Position numbers and translations under genes: made by a program. From Candidatus Enterousia sp. (GTDB taxonomy: Bacteria; Pseudomonadota; Alphaproteobacteria; Rs-D84), in assembly GCA_045613315.1 (NCBI GenBank), contig JAZLAV010000008.1, positions 20,828-84,827 of the forward strand: a stretch of 64,000 bases of DNA, given 5' to 3'. This document shows, piece after piece, positions 20,712 to 31,214 of the stretch; the first letter of the stretch is position 1; every line of letters begins with the position of its first letter. A model generated the notes under the pieces. It was not told the origin of the DNA, made no database searches, and worked only from the letters and a program-made list of their open reading frames with translations.

Positions 20712-22355
20712 ATGACGGCGTATGATGTAATCATTATTGGTGGGGGACACGCCGGGGTTGAAGCCGCGCACGGTTCTGCGCGTCGTGGTGTGAAAACATT
20801 GTTGATAACCATGCGCGAATCTGACATTGGCGCAATGAGTTGCAACCCCAGTATCGGTGGCCCCGGCAAATCACAAATGGTCGCGGAAATGGACGCGTTG
20901 GGTGGCGTTATGCCACGCGCAGCGGATGCCGCCGGTATTCATTTTCGCACACTGAACGCATCACACGGTGCGGCGACACGGGCACTGCGCGCACAAATTG
21001 ACCGTGGGTTATATCACAACGCGGTTATGAAAATATTAACAACGCAAAAAAATCTTACCGTTGTTTATGAACCGGTGGAAACAATCGATATAAAAAATAA
21101 AATCGTAAATGGTAAATATGGTTTTGGGGCGATTGTTTTTACAACGGGAACTTTTTTGCAGGGCCTGGTCACGCGTGGCGCAGAAAAAATTCCATCGGGC
21201 CGTTTGATGGACAATGGCGAATACCAATCGCCGGATGTGCACATTTCCGCCATATTGAATAATGCCGGATTTAAAATTATGCGATTAAAAACGGGTACAC
21301 CCGCACGCATTTATCGCGACAGTATTAACTTTAATGTCTGTGAATTACAACCGGGCGACGAACCACACGATTGGTTCAGCGCACCAAACCCAGACAACAA
21401 TTATTCCGCCGTTTGCTATATCACGCACACAACCGAAATAACACACCAAATAATTCGTGAAAACATATCGGGCGCCCCAATGTATAATGGTGATATCGAA
21501 GGCATCGGCCCACGTTATTGCCCAAGTTTAGAAGACAAGGTTATGCGTTTTCCGTCGCATACTTCGCACCATGTATTCCTTGAACCCGAAGGATTAAACA
21601 GCGATTTAATTTACCCAAACGGCATATCAACATCGTTTGGTGCCGATATCCAGGACAAATGGATTCACACGATTCCAGGGCTGGAAAACGCGCGGATTGC
21701 GCGATATGGGTACGCAATTGAATACGACGCAATTGATGCGCGCGCATTAAACGATAAATTACAGAGCAAGGATATTCCATATTTGTTCTTTGCGGGACAA
21801 ATCAACGGCACATCGGGATACGAAGAAGCCGCGGCCCAGGGATTGGTTGCCGGCGCCAACGCCCCCGCCCACGCCGTGGGGGGGACTTTTTTAGAATTAG
21901 ATCGTACGAATTCTATGATTGGGGTTTTGATTGATGATATAACGACATTGGGGGTTGATGAACCATACCGTATGTTCACATCACGCGCAGAATATCGGTT
22001 AAGTTTGCGTGCCGACAATGCGATTGTGCGTTTGGGACAAATGGGTATAAATTGTGGCTTAATTACAAAAAAACAATTTGATGAAAGATATAAATTACAC
22101 GAATCTGAAATCGCCGAAAATGATGAATTCTATGCCGGATACATTGCACGCAATGCACGGGAAGTCGCCGCATACAAACGCGATGCAGAATTAAAGATAC
22201 CGGTTGATTTTAATTATTCCGCGTTGCCGGGTTTAACAAATGAACTGATTGAAAAATTAAACGCGACGCGCCCCGAAAACATTGCCGATATGTCGCGCAT
22301 TCCGGGCATGACCCCGGCGGGAATAATGGTTGTGTTAAGGAAAATTAAAAGTTAA
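20712..22355 (+). CDS. mnmG: tRNA uridine 5-carboxymethylaminomethyl modification enzyme MnmG (compact form)
   Basis: FAD motif DVIIIGGGHAG, the SCNPSIGG motif, and an intact C-terminal helical region. At 547 aa it is shorter than the usual form. Confidence 0.9.
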   Translation: MTAYDVIIIGGGHAGVEAAHGSARRGVKTLLITMRESDIGAMSCNPSIGGPGKSQMVAEMDALGGVMPRAADAAGIHFRTLNASHGAATRALRAQIDRGLYHNAVMKILTTQKNLTVVYEPVETIDIKNKIVNGKYGFGAIVFTTGTFLQGLVTRGAEKIPSGRLMDNGEYQSPDVHISAILNNAGFKIMRLKTGTPARIYRDSINFNVCELQPGDEPHDWFSAPNPDNNYSAVCYITHTTEITHQIIRENISGAPMYNGDIEGIGPRYCPSLEDKVMRFPSHTSHHVFLEPEGLNSDLIYPNGISTSFGADIQDKWIHTIPGLENARIARYGYAIEYDAIDARALNDKLQSKDIPYLFFAGQINGTSGYEEAAAQGLVAGANAPAHAVGGTFLELDRTNSMIGVLIDDITTLGVDEPYRMFTSRAEYRLSLRADNAIVRLGQMGINCGLITKKQFDERYKLHESEIAENDEFYAGYIARNAREVAAYKRDAELKIPVDFNYSALPGLTNELIEKLNATRPENIADMSRIPGMTPAGIMVVLRKIKS

Positions 22356-22358
22356 AAA

Positions 22359-22392
22359 ACACCGGCAATCACCGGTGTTTTACTAACCACTA
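22359..22392. terminator. Terminator-element copy with heptamer arm (DUF421 side)
   Basis: Stem ACACCGG/CCGGTGT at 22359-22378. The arm CTAACCACTA (22383-22392) holds the stop and the last NSG codons of the minus-strand gene. Confidence 0.8.
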
Positions 22393-23021
22393 TTTTTCTT
22401 TACAATCTGCAGCCTGCCGTTGTGCCATTGGGCGACAAAGATATCTTCGATATTACGAATTCGCTTTTTACGCAATTGCGCCCGCAACCACTTTTCAGAA
22501 CGGTTTATTTTTTCAAGCGCGCTTTCATCTATGTCGCCATTGTCAATCACCACAACCGAATATTTCTTTTCGCCGCGTTTTACAATCGTTAATTCACCGT
22601 TCGGTTCTATTTGCGCCATTTCTATTTCGCGCAATGAATGCACTTTATGTTGACGCATGGCCGCCGCCAAATCACGCGCAGATATTTTCAATTTCTGCAT
22701 TTTTGCGACATTTATTTGCCCGTTTTGAATAATAACCATGGGGTCACCAATAAAGATTCGATGACCAATATCTGTATAGAACGCAAAACGATTTAATATA
22801 CTTATTAACACACCATAAATTAAAACAACGATAACAAATTCGGCAATGTCTATATTTTTGTTTAAAATAAACTCGGACAAAATAGCACTTAGCAAAAAGT
22901 TTATAATCACCGCCAGTGGGGTCATATTTTTTAGTGCGCCGGTGGGACTAAACAGGCGCATAAACACAACCGCGGCAATAATTGCCATAACAAGTTTTAT
23001 TATCATAATTCCATAAATCAT
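22383..23021 (-). CDS. DUF421 (YetF-family) membrane protein
   Basis: The C-terminal region aligns by eye with YetF (IQNGQI...DLAAAMRQ..., FVAQWHNGRL). The start is uncertain (23021, 23066 or 23117). Confidence 0.75.
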   Translation of the reverse strand: MIYGIMIIKLVMAIIAAVVFMRLFSPTGALKNMTPLAVIINFLLSAILSEFILNKNIDIAEFVIVVLIYGVLISILNRFAFYTDIGHRIFIGDPMVIIQNGQINVAKMQKLKISARDLAAAMRQHKVHSLREIEMAQIEPNGELTIVKRGEKKYSVVVIDNGDIDESALEKINRSEKWLRAQLRKKRIRNIEDIFVAQWHNGRLQIVKKNSG

Positions 23022-23164
23022 AAAATTTATATGCACAACGCACCCCCAAAAAAGCATATAAAACATAGCATTCCGGGTTCGCGTGCGCCATACGACAAAA
23101 AACCCAAAATTACGCAATTTAATACTGGAAATTGGTAAAAAGATGGTATAAACTTTGGCTTGAT

Positions 23165-23240
23165 GCCGGTGTAGCTCAGCTGGTAGAGCATCTCATTCGT
23201 AATGAGGGGGTCGTAGGTTCAAGTCCTATCACCGGCACCA
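23165..23240 (+). tRNA. tRNA-Thr (CGT), CCA encoded
   Basis: 76 nt with acceptor GCCGGTG/CACCGGC, anticodon loop TTCGTAA, and T-arm GTAGG-TTCAAGT-CCTAT. Confidence 0.95.
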
Positions 23241-23347
23241 TCCGCTTTCGCTGCGTTGTGGCGAGACAGGCCAAGAAAAGAAATAAAATGAAAACAGACG
23301 CAATAATTATTATTGGATAAACCAGAACTGCGCTTTGGCGGTTGCTG

Positions 23348-23369
23348 GGGCGCATATGCGCCCGTTTTT
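23348..23369 (+). terminator. Terminator after tRNA-Thr, upstream of ileS
   Basis: Palindrome GGGCGCATATGCGCCC followed by TTTTT. Confidence 0.8.
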
Positions 23370-23391
23370 AATAAATAAAAGGAATGAACAA

Positions 23392-26300
23392 ATGGCATAT
23401 CCAAAAACCGATGCACGTGTAGATTTTCCAAAACTGGAACAGGAAATAGTCGCATTTTGGCGCGAAAATGATACTTTTCACAAATCGCTTAATCGCACCA
23501 AATTGGGACATCCGTTTTCATTCTATGACGGGCCACCGTTTGCAAATGGTTTGCCACACTGGGGACATTTGGGGGTAAGTGCGATTAAGGATATGGTTTC
23601 GCGTTATCAAACCATGCGTGGCAAACATGTTGAACGCGCGTTGGGCTGGGATTGCCATGGATTGCCCGCAGAAAACAGTGTTGAAAAGAAACAAAATAAA
23701 TCGGCCAAGGATATTGTTGCAGAATCGGGTATTGGCGAATTCTGTGAAATGTGCCGTGCGGATGTTATGACATATTCAAATGAATGGTTGCGCTATTTTG
23801 AACGCATTGGCCGTTGGGTTGATGGTGGCGATGACTATGGTTATCGCACTATGGATAAAAACTATATGGAATCGGTTATATGGGCATTAAAACTATTATA
23901 TGACAAGGGGTTATTATACAAAGATTTCAAGGTTAATCCATACGATTGGAAATTAGGTACCGTTCTATCCAATTCCGAGGCGTCAAGCGAATATCAAGAT
24001 ATCGTCGATGATACGGTGACTGTTTGGTTCGAATTATCAAATGGCGACCGCGTAATCGCGTGGACAACAACACCGTGGACATTGCCGGCAAATTCGGCGT
24101 TGGCAGTTAATCCAAATATGAAATATGTGCGTATGCGCCACAATGATGGACATGTGTATGTTTTGGCGGAATCCCGTTTAAAAGCATATGAAAAGATTTT
24201 TAGCGAATCTGAAAATCTGGGGACTGTATTTGGTTCTGATTTAATTGGTATGCACTATGCACCACTGTTTGATTATTACGCAAATATGCACAATGAAAAC
24301 AAATCGTTGCACACCGTTATCGGCGCAGATTATGTATCAGACGGCGACGGTACCGGAATCGTGCACATTGCGCCCGCGTTTGGTGAAGATGACTATATCG
24401 CTGCGCGTAATGTTGACCCAACTTTTCCAATTATTTTAAATGTTGATGATTATGGTAATTTTGACGCGACCGTGCGTGATTGGGCGGGCGAAAATATATT
24501 TGTCGCCAATCCAAAGATTATCGATTGGTTAAAACAAAATGGACGCCTGGTCCAGAAATCGCAACACAAACACAGTTATCCGTTTGGCCCACGCAGTCAT
24601 GAAAAGTTAATTTATCGTGCAACGGACGCATGGTACATAGATGTGCCAAAAATTCGCGACCGTGTTGTTGAAATAACGAAAACCGAAACAGTGTGGACAA
24701 GTGCCGGCAACCGCTTTATGTCGTGGATAGAGGGCGCGCGCCCATGGGGCATTTCACGCAATCGTTTTTGGGGTGTTCCATTACCAATTTGGGAACGGAA
24801 CGGAGAATATAAAATCTTTGGTTCGATTGCGGAAATAGAAGAATTCTTTGGTGTAAAAATAGATGATTTACATCGACCAACATTGGATAAACTTACAAAA
24901 GATGGTTGGCACCGCATAACCGATGTTTTGGATTGTTGGGTGGAATCTGGTTCTATGCCGTTTGCGCGCCTGCATTACCCGTTTGAAAACGCCGACGCGT
25001 TTGAAAAGACTTTCCCCGCCGATTATATTATAGAGGGCCAGGACCAAACCCGCGGTTGGTTCTATGCGTTAATGATTATGTCGGTTGCATTGTTTGACAA
25101 ACCCGCGTTCAAAATGGTTTCGGCCAACGGTATGATTGTTGATGAAAACAAACACAAGTTTTCCAAATCATTACACAACTTTGTGGACCCAACCGAACAA
25201 TTGGAAACGTTTGGTGCGGATGCGGTGCGTCTTTTCATCCAGGGCAGCACTTTCCTTAAAGCAGAACCGGTGCCCGTTGACAAAGATGGCAAAGTTTTCA
25301 ACGAAACAATTAAAACAATTTTAACACCACTGTGGAATGCATATCATTTCTTTACACTGTATGCGAACGCGGGGGGTATCATCGCGGCCGACGATGCGTC
25401 GTCGCAAAATGCATTGGATAAATATATTTTATCCGAATTAAATGTGTTGATTGGTGTTGTTGGTGGCGCGTTGGATGAATATAAACCCGATGTCGCGATA
25501 AAGGAATTTGTTCGATTCCTGGATATATTAAACAACTGGTATATTCGCCGGTCGCGTGCGCGTTTTTGGGACGAAGATGTTTTTGCATTCAATACACTGT
25601 ATGTCGTGCTGACGCGCTTATGCCAAACATTGGCACCGTTTGCACCGTTTATCAGCGAATATATCTATAAGAATCTGACCGGGGCGGAATCTGTGCATTT
25701 AACAGATTTCCCAACCGCGGGCAATGTGGATGAAAAGATTGTTGCCGATATGCGCCGCGTGCAAATGGTTGTGTCGGTTGGAAAACAATTACGCGAACAA
25801 TACAAATTGCGTAATCGTTTACCGTTGGCGAATATAACCGTTGCGGGGGTTGATTTATCCGAATACACCGATATTATTGCCGATGAATTAAATGTGAAAA
25901 ATGTTAATTTCCGTGCACATACAACAGATATCGCAGACAGTTTTGTCTATCTGATTACACCAAAGATTGGCGCACGCCTTGGCGGTGCATTAAGCAAGAT
26001 TATTCCATCGGTAAAGCAGGGCAACTATGAAATCGTTGGTGATAAATTGGTTGTCGGTGAATACGAATTACAACCCGATGAATTTGAAAATCGTTTAACT
26101 GTGCGCGATGGCATTACCGGTGCAGCATTACCGGACAATACCGCGGTCGTTGTGCTGAACACTGAAATAAACGGCGAATTGGTTGCCGAAGGTTTGGCGA
26201 ACGACGCCCTACGATTCATCCAGGATACACGCAAAGAAATCGGCTTGGATGTGTCCGACCGAATCAAAATAACCTTTGCTGCGGACCCGGGATTGGCGGT

Positions 26301-26427
26301 TGCAATTGAAACACATAAAAAACGCATTATGCGCGATGCACTTGTCCGCGAAATGGAAACGGGCGCGGGCGAACACGCCACCGAAATAGAAGGCTATGCG
26401 TTCGCAATTACGATTAAAAAAGCATAA
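23392..26427 (+). CDS. ileS: Isoleucine--tRNA ligase, type 2 (eukaryote-like) form
   Basis: FYDGPPFANGLPHWGH and KFSKS motifs. ATG 23392 follows an AAGGAA SD; the ORF-track start 23335 would read through a terminator. Confidence 0.97.
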   Translation: MAYPKTDARVDFPKLEQEIVAFWRENDTFHKSLNRTKLGHPFSFYDGPPFANGLPHWGHLGVSAIKDMVSRYQTMRGKHVERALGWDCHGLPAENSVEKKQNKSAKDIVAESGIGEFCEMCRADVMTYSNEWLRYFERIGRWVDGGDDYGYRTMDKNYMESVIWALKLLYDKGLLYKDFKVNPYDWKLGTVLSNSEASSEYQDIVDDTVTVWFELSNGDRVIAWTTTPWTLPANSALAVNPNMKYVRMRHNDGHVYVLAESRLKAYEKIFSESENLGTVFGSDLIGMHYAPLFDYYANMHNENKSLHTVIGADYVSDGDGTGIVHIAPAFGEDDYIAARNVDPTFPIILNVDDYGNFDATVRDWAGENIFVANPKIIDWLKQNGRLVQKSQHKHSYPFGPRSHEKLIYRATDAWYIDVPKIRDRVVEITKTETVWTSAGNRFMSWIEGARPWGISRNRFWGVPLPIWERNGEYKIFGSIAEIEEFFGVKIDDLHRPTLDKLTKDGWHRITDVLDCWVESGSMPFARLHYPFENADAFEKTFPADYIIEGQDQTRGWFYALMIMSVALFDKPAFKMVSANGMIVDENKHKFSKSLHNFVDPTEQLETFGADAVRLFIQGSTFLKAEPVPVDKDGKVFNETIKTILTPLWNAYHFFTLYANAGGIIAADDASSQNALDKYILSELNVLIGVVGGALDEYKPDVAIKEFVRFLDILNNWYIRRSRARFWDEDVFAFNTLYVVLTRLCQTLAPFAPFISEYIYKNLTGAESVHLTDFPTAGNVDEKIVADMRRVQMVVSVGKQLREQYKLRNRLPLANITVAGVDLSEYTDIIADELNVKNVNFRAHTTDIADSFVYLITPKIGARLGGALSKIIPSVKQGNYEIVGDKLVVGEYELQPDEFENRLTVRDGITGAALPDNTAVVVLNTEINGELVAEGLANDALRFIQDTRKEIGLDVSDRIKITFAADPGLAVAIETHKKRIMRDALVREMETGAGEHATEIEGYAFAITIKKA

Positions 26428-27080
26428 TGATTACGCCCGACAAATATTTTACCGTTGTACCGCGTTCCATAAATATGGGGATTCGTTCTGAACTTTATTC
26501 CACAAACGAATTCACATTTGCGGTGGCGGTAATTCTGTCAGCCCAGGCGACCGATAAAAAGGTGAACGAGGTGACACCGGCTTTATTTACGGTTGCCCCG
26601 ACACCTGAAAAAATGATGGCATTGGGCGTGGACGGAATCAAAAAATATATTTCCCAGATTTCGTTTTTTAATAACAAAGCGAAAAATATTTTCGCGTTAT
26701 CAAAACAACTTGCTGAATATAATACGAATAACACCGAATGGGTGTTTCCAAAAAAATATCACAATCGTGATGAACTGATGAAACTGCCTGGAATAGGACA
26801 AAAGACCGCAAATGTTATTATGAATGTTTTGTGGGGTGCACCGAATATTGGTGTTGATACACACGTGTTTCGTAATGCACATCGTTATGGCTGGGTCGGG
26901 GAAAATGAAAATACACCAGAAAAAGTAGAGGCAAAATTATTAACCGTTATTCCAAAAAAATATCACGCAATTGTAAATCATGTAATGGTTTTACATGGTC
27001 GGTATATATGTCGTGCAATTTCCCCAAAATGCAGCGAATGCCCGGTCGCAAAATGGTGTGAAAAAGAGGTTAGTGGTTAG
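26427..27080 (+). CDS. nth: Endonuclease III
   Basis: HhH-GPD with LPGIGQKTAN, VDTHVFR, and Fe-S cluster cysteines C-x6-C-x2-C-x5-C. TAATG overlap with ileS. Confidence 0.95.
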   Translation: MITPDKYFTVVPRSINMGIRSELYSTNEFTFAVAVILSAQATDKKVNEVTPALFTVAPTPEKMMALGVDGIKKYISQISFFNNKAKNIFALSKQLAEYNTNNTEWVFPKKYHNRDELMKLPGIGQKTANVIMNVLWGAPNIGVDTHVFRNAHRYGWVGENENTPEKVEAKLLTVIPKKYHAIVNHVMVLHGRYICRAISPKCSECPVAKWCEKEVSG

Positions 27081-27140
27081 TTATGCAAAACAAAAACCAC
27101 CCGTTTGGGCGGTTTTACTTACCAGTATCCACTAACACTA
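27068..27140. terminator. Terminator-element variant with arms on both sides
   Basis: GGTTAGTGGTTAGTTA (27068-27083), hairpin AACCACCC-GTTT-GGGCGGTT (27095-27114), and CCACTAACACTA (27129-27140). Both the nth and pheT stops lie in the arms. Confidence 0.75.
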
Positions 27141-29444
27141 TTTGTCCCTTATTTTCGCATTACATTTTTTCGTGACATTTGCGATTACAGTATCCTGCAA
27201 TTTCAGCAATTCGCCATCGTCCATATTTTCGGTTGGTTGAATTGTTATTGTGAACGCAATTGACTTTTTACCGTTCCCCAAATCAAACGCATCAAATACA
27301 ATTGCGTCAACAATCCGCTTGTCCGCGGAAATTGCCGCCGTGGTTAAAATTTCCGACATTGTGTTTTCATCCACAACAAACGCAAAGTCGCGTGTTATCG
27401 GTTGAAATTCAGACAATGTATCGTGTTTCAATTTTCTTGCATGTGGTAAATTGTCGATATTATCAACAATCGCGACAACAACCGGTGTTTTTATATGCAA
27501 CTTTTTTGCAACCGCCGGATGCAGTGCGCCAAACTCGGCAATTTTCTTTTTACCCTGCATAATTATACCATACTGGAACGGGTGCGCCCATTTTGGTGCG
27601 CCATCCGCCGACACAGTAAAGTTCTGACCACACATAAGTGCAATCAAATCTGACTTTACATCATAAATATCAACATTGCGATTACGACCCGTCCAATGTT
27701 TTGGTGAAATCGCGCCGGTGCGAACAATCGCAATTTGTGTATGTTGTTCCCCGGGTTTATCACCATCAAACACCGTTCCCAATTCAAACAGATTTAAATC
27801 TGGGGCACCGCGCTTTTCATTGTTTGCAACCGCAATCAACAGGTTTTCCAACAACGTATTACGCACAGTATCCAATTCTTTGGTGATTGGATTTGCAATT
27901 TTAATTGGTTGACCGTCGGTCAATAATTCTTCGATTTCTGAATTACCAAAACCAAAACTTTGACATTCGTTAAGGCCGCGCGCCGCCAAAAACATTTTCG
28001 TTTTCAAATCAAAACTGTCATGTGGAATCACCGATGTTCCGGCGGTACGTTTTGTTGCAGTTGCTATTTTTTCGTATCCATAAATACGAATCAAATCCGC
28101 GATTACCGTTTCGGGTATTTCAACATCCACACGGGCAGGGCGGGGTATAACGGTCCATGCACCAATTTTGATATCAAGATTATACCCCAGTTTCGTCAAA
28201 ATCTTTTCCTGGGTTTTGGGGTCAATATCTATTCCTGTCTTTTTAACCAACATATCGGGCGAATATTTAACGGCCACCGGTTTATACTCGTTTTTACCAC
28301 CGATACCGGTTCCAACGATTTTTCCATCGCACGCATCCATTATTATACCCGTCACCAATGCCAACGCGCGCCCGGTCATTGTTGGGTCAATTCCGCGTTC
28401 GTAACGATATGATGAATCAGTTGATATCCCCAATCGTTTTGATGTTTTTCGTACAGATACCGGATCAAAATATGCCGATTCCAAAATAATATTTTTCGTA
28501 TTATCACCCGTACATCCACGTGCACCACCAACAACCCCGGCCAATGCCAAAATACCCTTGTTATCGGAAATAACAATATCGGTTGATTTCAATTCATGTT
28601 CATTTCCAAACAAATCCACAAACTTTTCCCCATCACGCGCCATACGTACGATAATATCGCCGTCTATTTCATCCGCATCAAAACAATGCATCGGTTGCCC
28701 CATGTCATAACAAACATAGTTCGTTGCATCAATCGGTGCGTTTTTCGGGTTAATTCCAATCGCAGCCAATCGACCCGCAATTGTATCATTACTTTTCGCC
28801 ATTTTAATGTCGTGTATTTCTGCGAAACGATAAACACCACATTTTTCTGTTTCAACGCGAACATTACGTGCCGATTTAACCAGTTTTAATTCGGCTGGTT
28901 CGATTCCAATATATTTACCCGCGTCCGCCGCCGATAAATCCAACGCAATTCCGCGCACCGACAAATAGTCCGGACGATTTGGGGTAATACCCGCATCAAA
29001 CACCGTTTTTACATTTAGAACCGGCGATCCAATTGTTGTTTTTGCGGGCAATTCAATAATACCACTGTGGTCATCGCCGATACCCAATTCACGTGCACTG
29101 CACATCATACCGTCACTTAACACGCCGCGCAATTTTCCCGATTGTATTTCGTGCCCATCAATAACACACCCCGGCACCGCCAGTGCAGATATCAACCCCA
29201 CGCGCGCATTTGGCGCACCACAAACCACCTGGCGCAGGGTACCCGAGCCATCATCAACCTTTAACACATGTAAATGGTCACTGTTTTCATGTGGTGTGCA
29301 TTCCACAATTTTTGCCGCGATTGGCGCAACGGGCGAAGACAAATCTTCGACCTCTAATCCGATACGGGTAAGGGTATCTGAAATCTGTTCGGCGGATAAT
29401 TTTGTATCCAGATATTCCGTTAACCAATCATATGTCCATTTCAT
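27138..29444 (-). CDS. pheT: Phenylalanine--tRNA ligase beta subunit
   Basis: 768 aa with an N-terminal tRNA-binding OB domain, B3/4, B5 and a C-terminal anticodon-binding-like domain. Confidence 0.95.
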   Translation of the reverse strand: MKWTYDWLTEYLDTKLSAEQISDTLTRIGLEVEDLSSPVAPIAAKIVECTPHENSDHLHVLKVDDGSGTLRQVVCGAPNARVGLISALAVPGCVIDGHEIQSGKLRGVLSDGMMCSARELGIGDDHSGIIELPAKTTIGSPVLNVKTVFDAGITPNRPDYLSVRGIALDLSAADAGKYIGIEPAELKLVKSARNVRVETEKCGVYRFAEIHDIKMAKSNDTIAGRLAAIGINPKNAPIDATNYVCYDMGQPMHCFDADEIDGDIIVRMARDGEKFVDLFGNEHELKSTDIVISDNKGILALAGVVGGARGCTGDNTKNIILESAYFDPVSVRKTSKRLGISTDSSYRYERGIDPTMTGRALALVTGIIMDACDGKIVGTGIGGKNEYKPVAVKYSPDMLVKKTGIDIDPKTQEKILTKLGYNLDIKIGAWTVIPRPARVDVEIPETVIADLIRIYGYEKIATATKRTAGTSVIPHDSFDLKTKMFLAARGLNECQSFGFGNSEIEELLTDGQPIKIANPITKELDTVRNTLLENLLIAVANNEKRGAPDLNLFELGTVFDGDKPGEQHTQIAIVRTGAISPKHWTGRNRNVDIYDVKSDLIALMCGQNFTVSADGAPKWAHPFQYGIIMQGKKKIAEFGALHPAVAKKLHIKTPVVVAIVDNIDNLPHARKLKHDTLSEFQPITRDFAFVVDENTMSEILTTAAISADKRIVDAIVFDAFDLGNGKKSIAFTITIQPTENMDDGELLKLQDTVIANVTKKCNAKIRDK

Positions 29445-29461
29445 TTTATAACCCCCGTATA

Positions 29462-30409
29462 TTAAAAACCACTGTTCTTTAACCAGCGCACATCAGACGC
29501 CGAAAATTCACGAATATCGTTCAACCCATACTTTAACATCGCAAGCCGGTCCCAACCGAAACCAAATGCAAAGCCCTGGTATTCGTCTGGGTCGATATTA
29601 CAATTGCGTAATACATTTGGATGAACCATACCGGCACCCATAATTTCCAACCATTTTCCACCGTGCCATTTCATATCAACTTCTATAGATGGGTCTGTGA
29701 ACGGGAAATAAGATGGTCGAATACGCAATTCAACATTTTCCATTTCAAAGAACGCTGACAAAAATGCACGAATATCACCAATCAAATCGGACATAGTGAT
29801 ATTCTTATCGACATATAAACCTTCTATCTGGCGGAACATTGGGGCGTGTGTTGCATCCATTTCCTTGCGATATGTGGAACCGATTCCAAAAATTTTGATT
29901 GGGACACCATCGGATTCCATTGAACGAATCTGGATCGCAGATGTTTGTGTTCGCAACACATTACCGTTTGGCAAGAAAAATGTATCCTGCATATCACGTG
30001 CGGGATGATGCACCGGTGTATTAAGTGCGGTAAAGTTATGCCAATCATCTTCGATTTCCGGGCCCGTCCGCAACGAATATCCAAATGATTCCAAAATGGC
30101 CGATATTTCACGCAAACTTTGCGTCACAGGGTGTAATGTTCCACGGTTTTCCGGCATCGGATTTAACGATGGATCCAATTTTTCGCGTTTTAATGCAGCC
30201 ATCATAACCGCGTTTTCAATTTCCGCCTGACGCGTCCGGAATAATTCGCGTAATTCGGTATTTTCACGATTCAATGCCGCGCGTTCATCGTTGCTTAAAT
30301 CTTTCATTTGTTTCAACCGCGCCGTCATTGTGCCATTTTTACCAAATGTCGCGGTGTATAACGCCTGTAATTCGTCTAAATTATCTATATTTTTTATCTG
30401 TTCCTGCAT
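29462..30409 (-). CDS. pheS: Phenylalanine--tRNA ligase alpha subunit
   Basis: Class II core motifs are present (FRxE-like MFRQIEG, GAGMVHP). Confidence 0.97.
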   Translation of the reverse strand: MQEQIKNIDNLDELQALYTATFGKNGTMTARLKQMKDLSNDERAALNRENTELRELFRTRQAEIENAVMMAALKREKLDPSLNPMPENRGTLHPVTQSLREISAILESFGYSLRTGPEIEDDWHNFTALNTPVHHPARDMQDTFFLPNGNVLRTQTSAIQIRSMESDGVPIKIFGIGSTYRKEMDATHAPMFRQIEGLYVDKNITMSDLIGDIRAFLSAFFEMENVELRIRPSYFPFTDPSIEVDMKWHGGKWLEIMGAGMVHPNVLRNCNIDPDEYQGFAFGFGWDRLAMLKYGLNDIREFSASDVRWLKNSGF

Positions 30410-30431
30410 AACAATACCTTTACTAAAATAA

Positions 30432-30453
30432 AAGACCGTACATTGACGGTCTT
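30432..30453 (-). terminator. Hairpin between rplT and pheS (terminator or attenuator)
   Basis: AAGACCGT-N6-ACGGTCTT followed, on the minus strand, by TTATTTT. Confidence 0.55.
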
Positions 30454-30486
30454 ATTATTACAAAACAAAACGCCACCGCCAAGGGT

Positions 30487-30855
30487 TTATTTATTATCCC
30501 CGGTGTTAAATCGTTTTGCAGTATCAACCAATTTGACGAAATTTGCATCTGCATCATACGCCATTTGGGCCAACACTTTGCGGTCCAGGGCGATACCCGC
30601 CTTTTTAAGACCGTTCATAAATTGGCTGTATGTCAATCCATGTGCACGCACGGCCGCATTGATGCGAACAATCCACAATCCACGAAATTCGCGTTTTTTA
30701 ACACGGCGATCGCGATATGCATACTGTCCCGCCTTTTCCGTTTTTTCACGGGCGGCACGATATGTTGTGCTGTGACGACCCAGGTACCCCTTGGCACGGG
30801 CCAATATCTTGTTATGTTTTTGTTTAACGGTTGTTCCGCGTTTTACTCTTGCCAT
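30487..30855 (-). CDS. rplT: 50S ribosomal protein L20
   Basis: [19 protein letters not shown]20 family. Confidence 0.97.
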   Translation of the reverse strand: MARVKRGTTVKQKHNKILARAKGYLGRHSTTYRAAREKTEKAGQYAYRDRRVKKREFRGLWIVRINAAVRAHGLTYSQFMNGLKKAGIALDRKVLAQMAYDADANFVKLVDTAKRFNTGDNK

Positions 30856-30871
30856 AATGTGCCCCCTTTAA

Positions 30872-31075
30872 TTATTTCAACCCATACGGGGCCAAGATTT
30901 TTGCCTGACCGACCATATTTTCGTTCAGATACTGTGGTTTCGAACCCGCATTGTTTGCGCGTTTCGATTTGTGACGCAGTAATTTTTTATGAGCATTTCT
31001 GGCAACGCGAATTTTACCCGTTGCAGTCATAGATGCGCGCTTTTTCAAGTACGACTTTGTTTTCAATTTTGGCAT
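30872..31075 (-). CDS. rpmI: 50S ribosomal protein L35
   Basis: MPKLKTKSYLKKR from ATG 31075 behind a GAGG SD. The longer ORF to 31162 is rejected. Confidence 0.95.
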   Translation of the reverse strand: MPKLKTKSYLKKRASMTATGKIRVARNAHKKLLRHKSKRANNAGSKPQYLNENMVGQAKILAPYGLK

Positions 31076-31214
31076 TTTAACCTCTTTTTTTATACCGTCC
31101 TGATGGCTGCCATGTGCCACTTTGGACATCCAATGTGCCAATATTCTGACATAATAAAACAAAAAATCAAGTTTTTATTGCGTATTCTGTTTTTGGTGGT
31201 TAAACTGAAAAACT

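Noticed and set aside
23335-23391. N-terminal extension of ileS (track start 23335).
   Set aside because: The extension would be translated across the tRNA-Thr terminator hairpin (23348-23369). ATG 23392 has an SD and gives the conserved IleS N-terminus.
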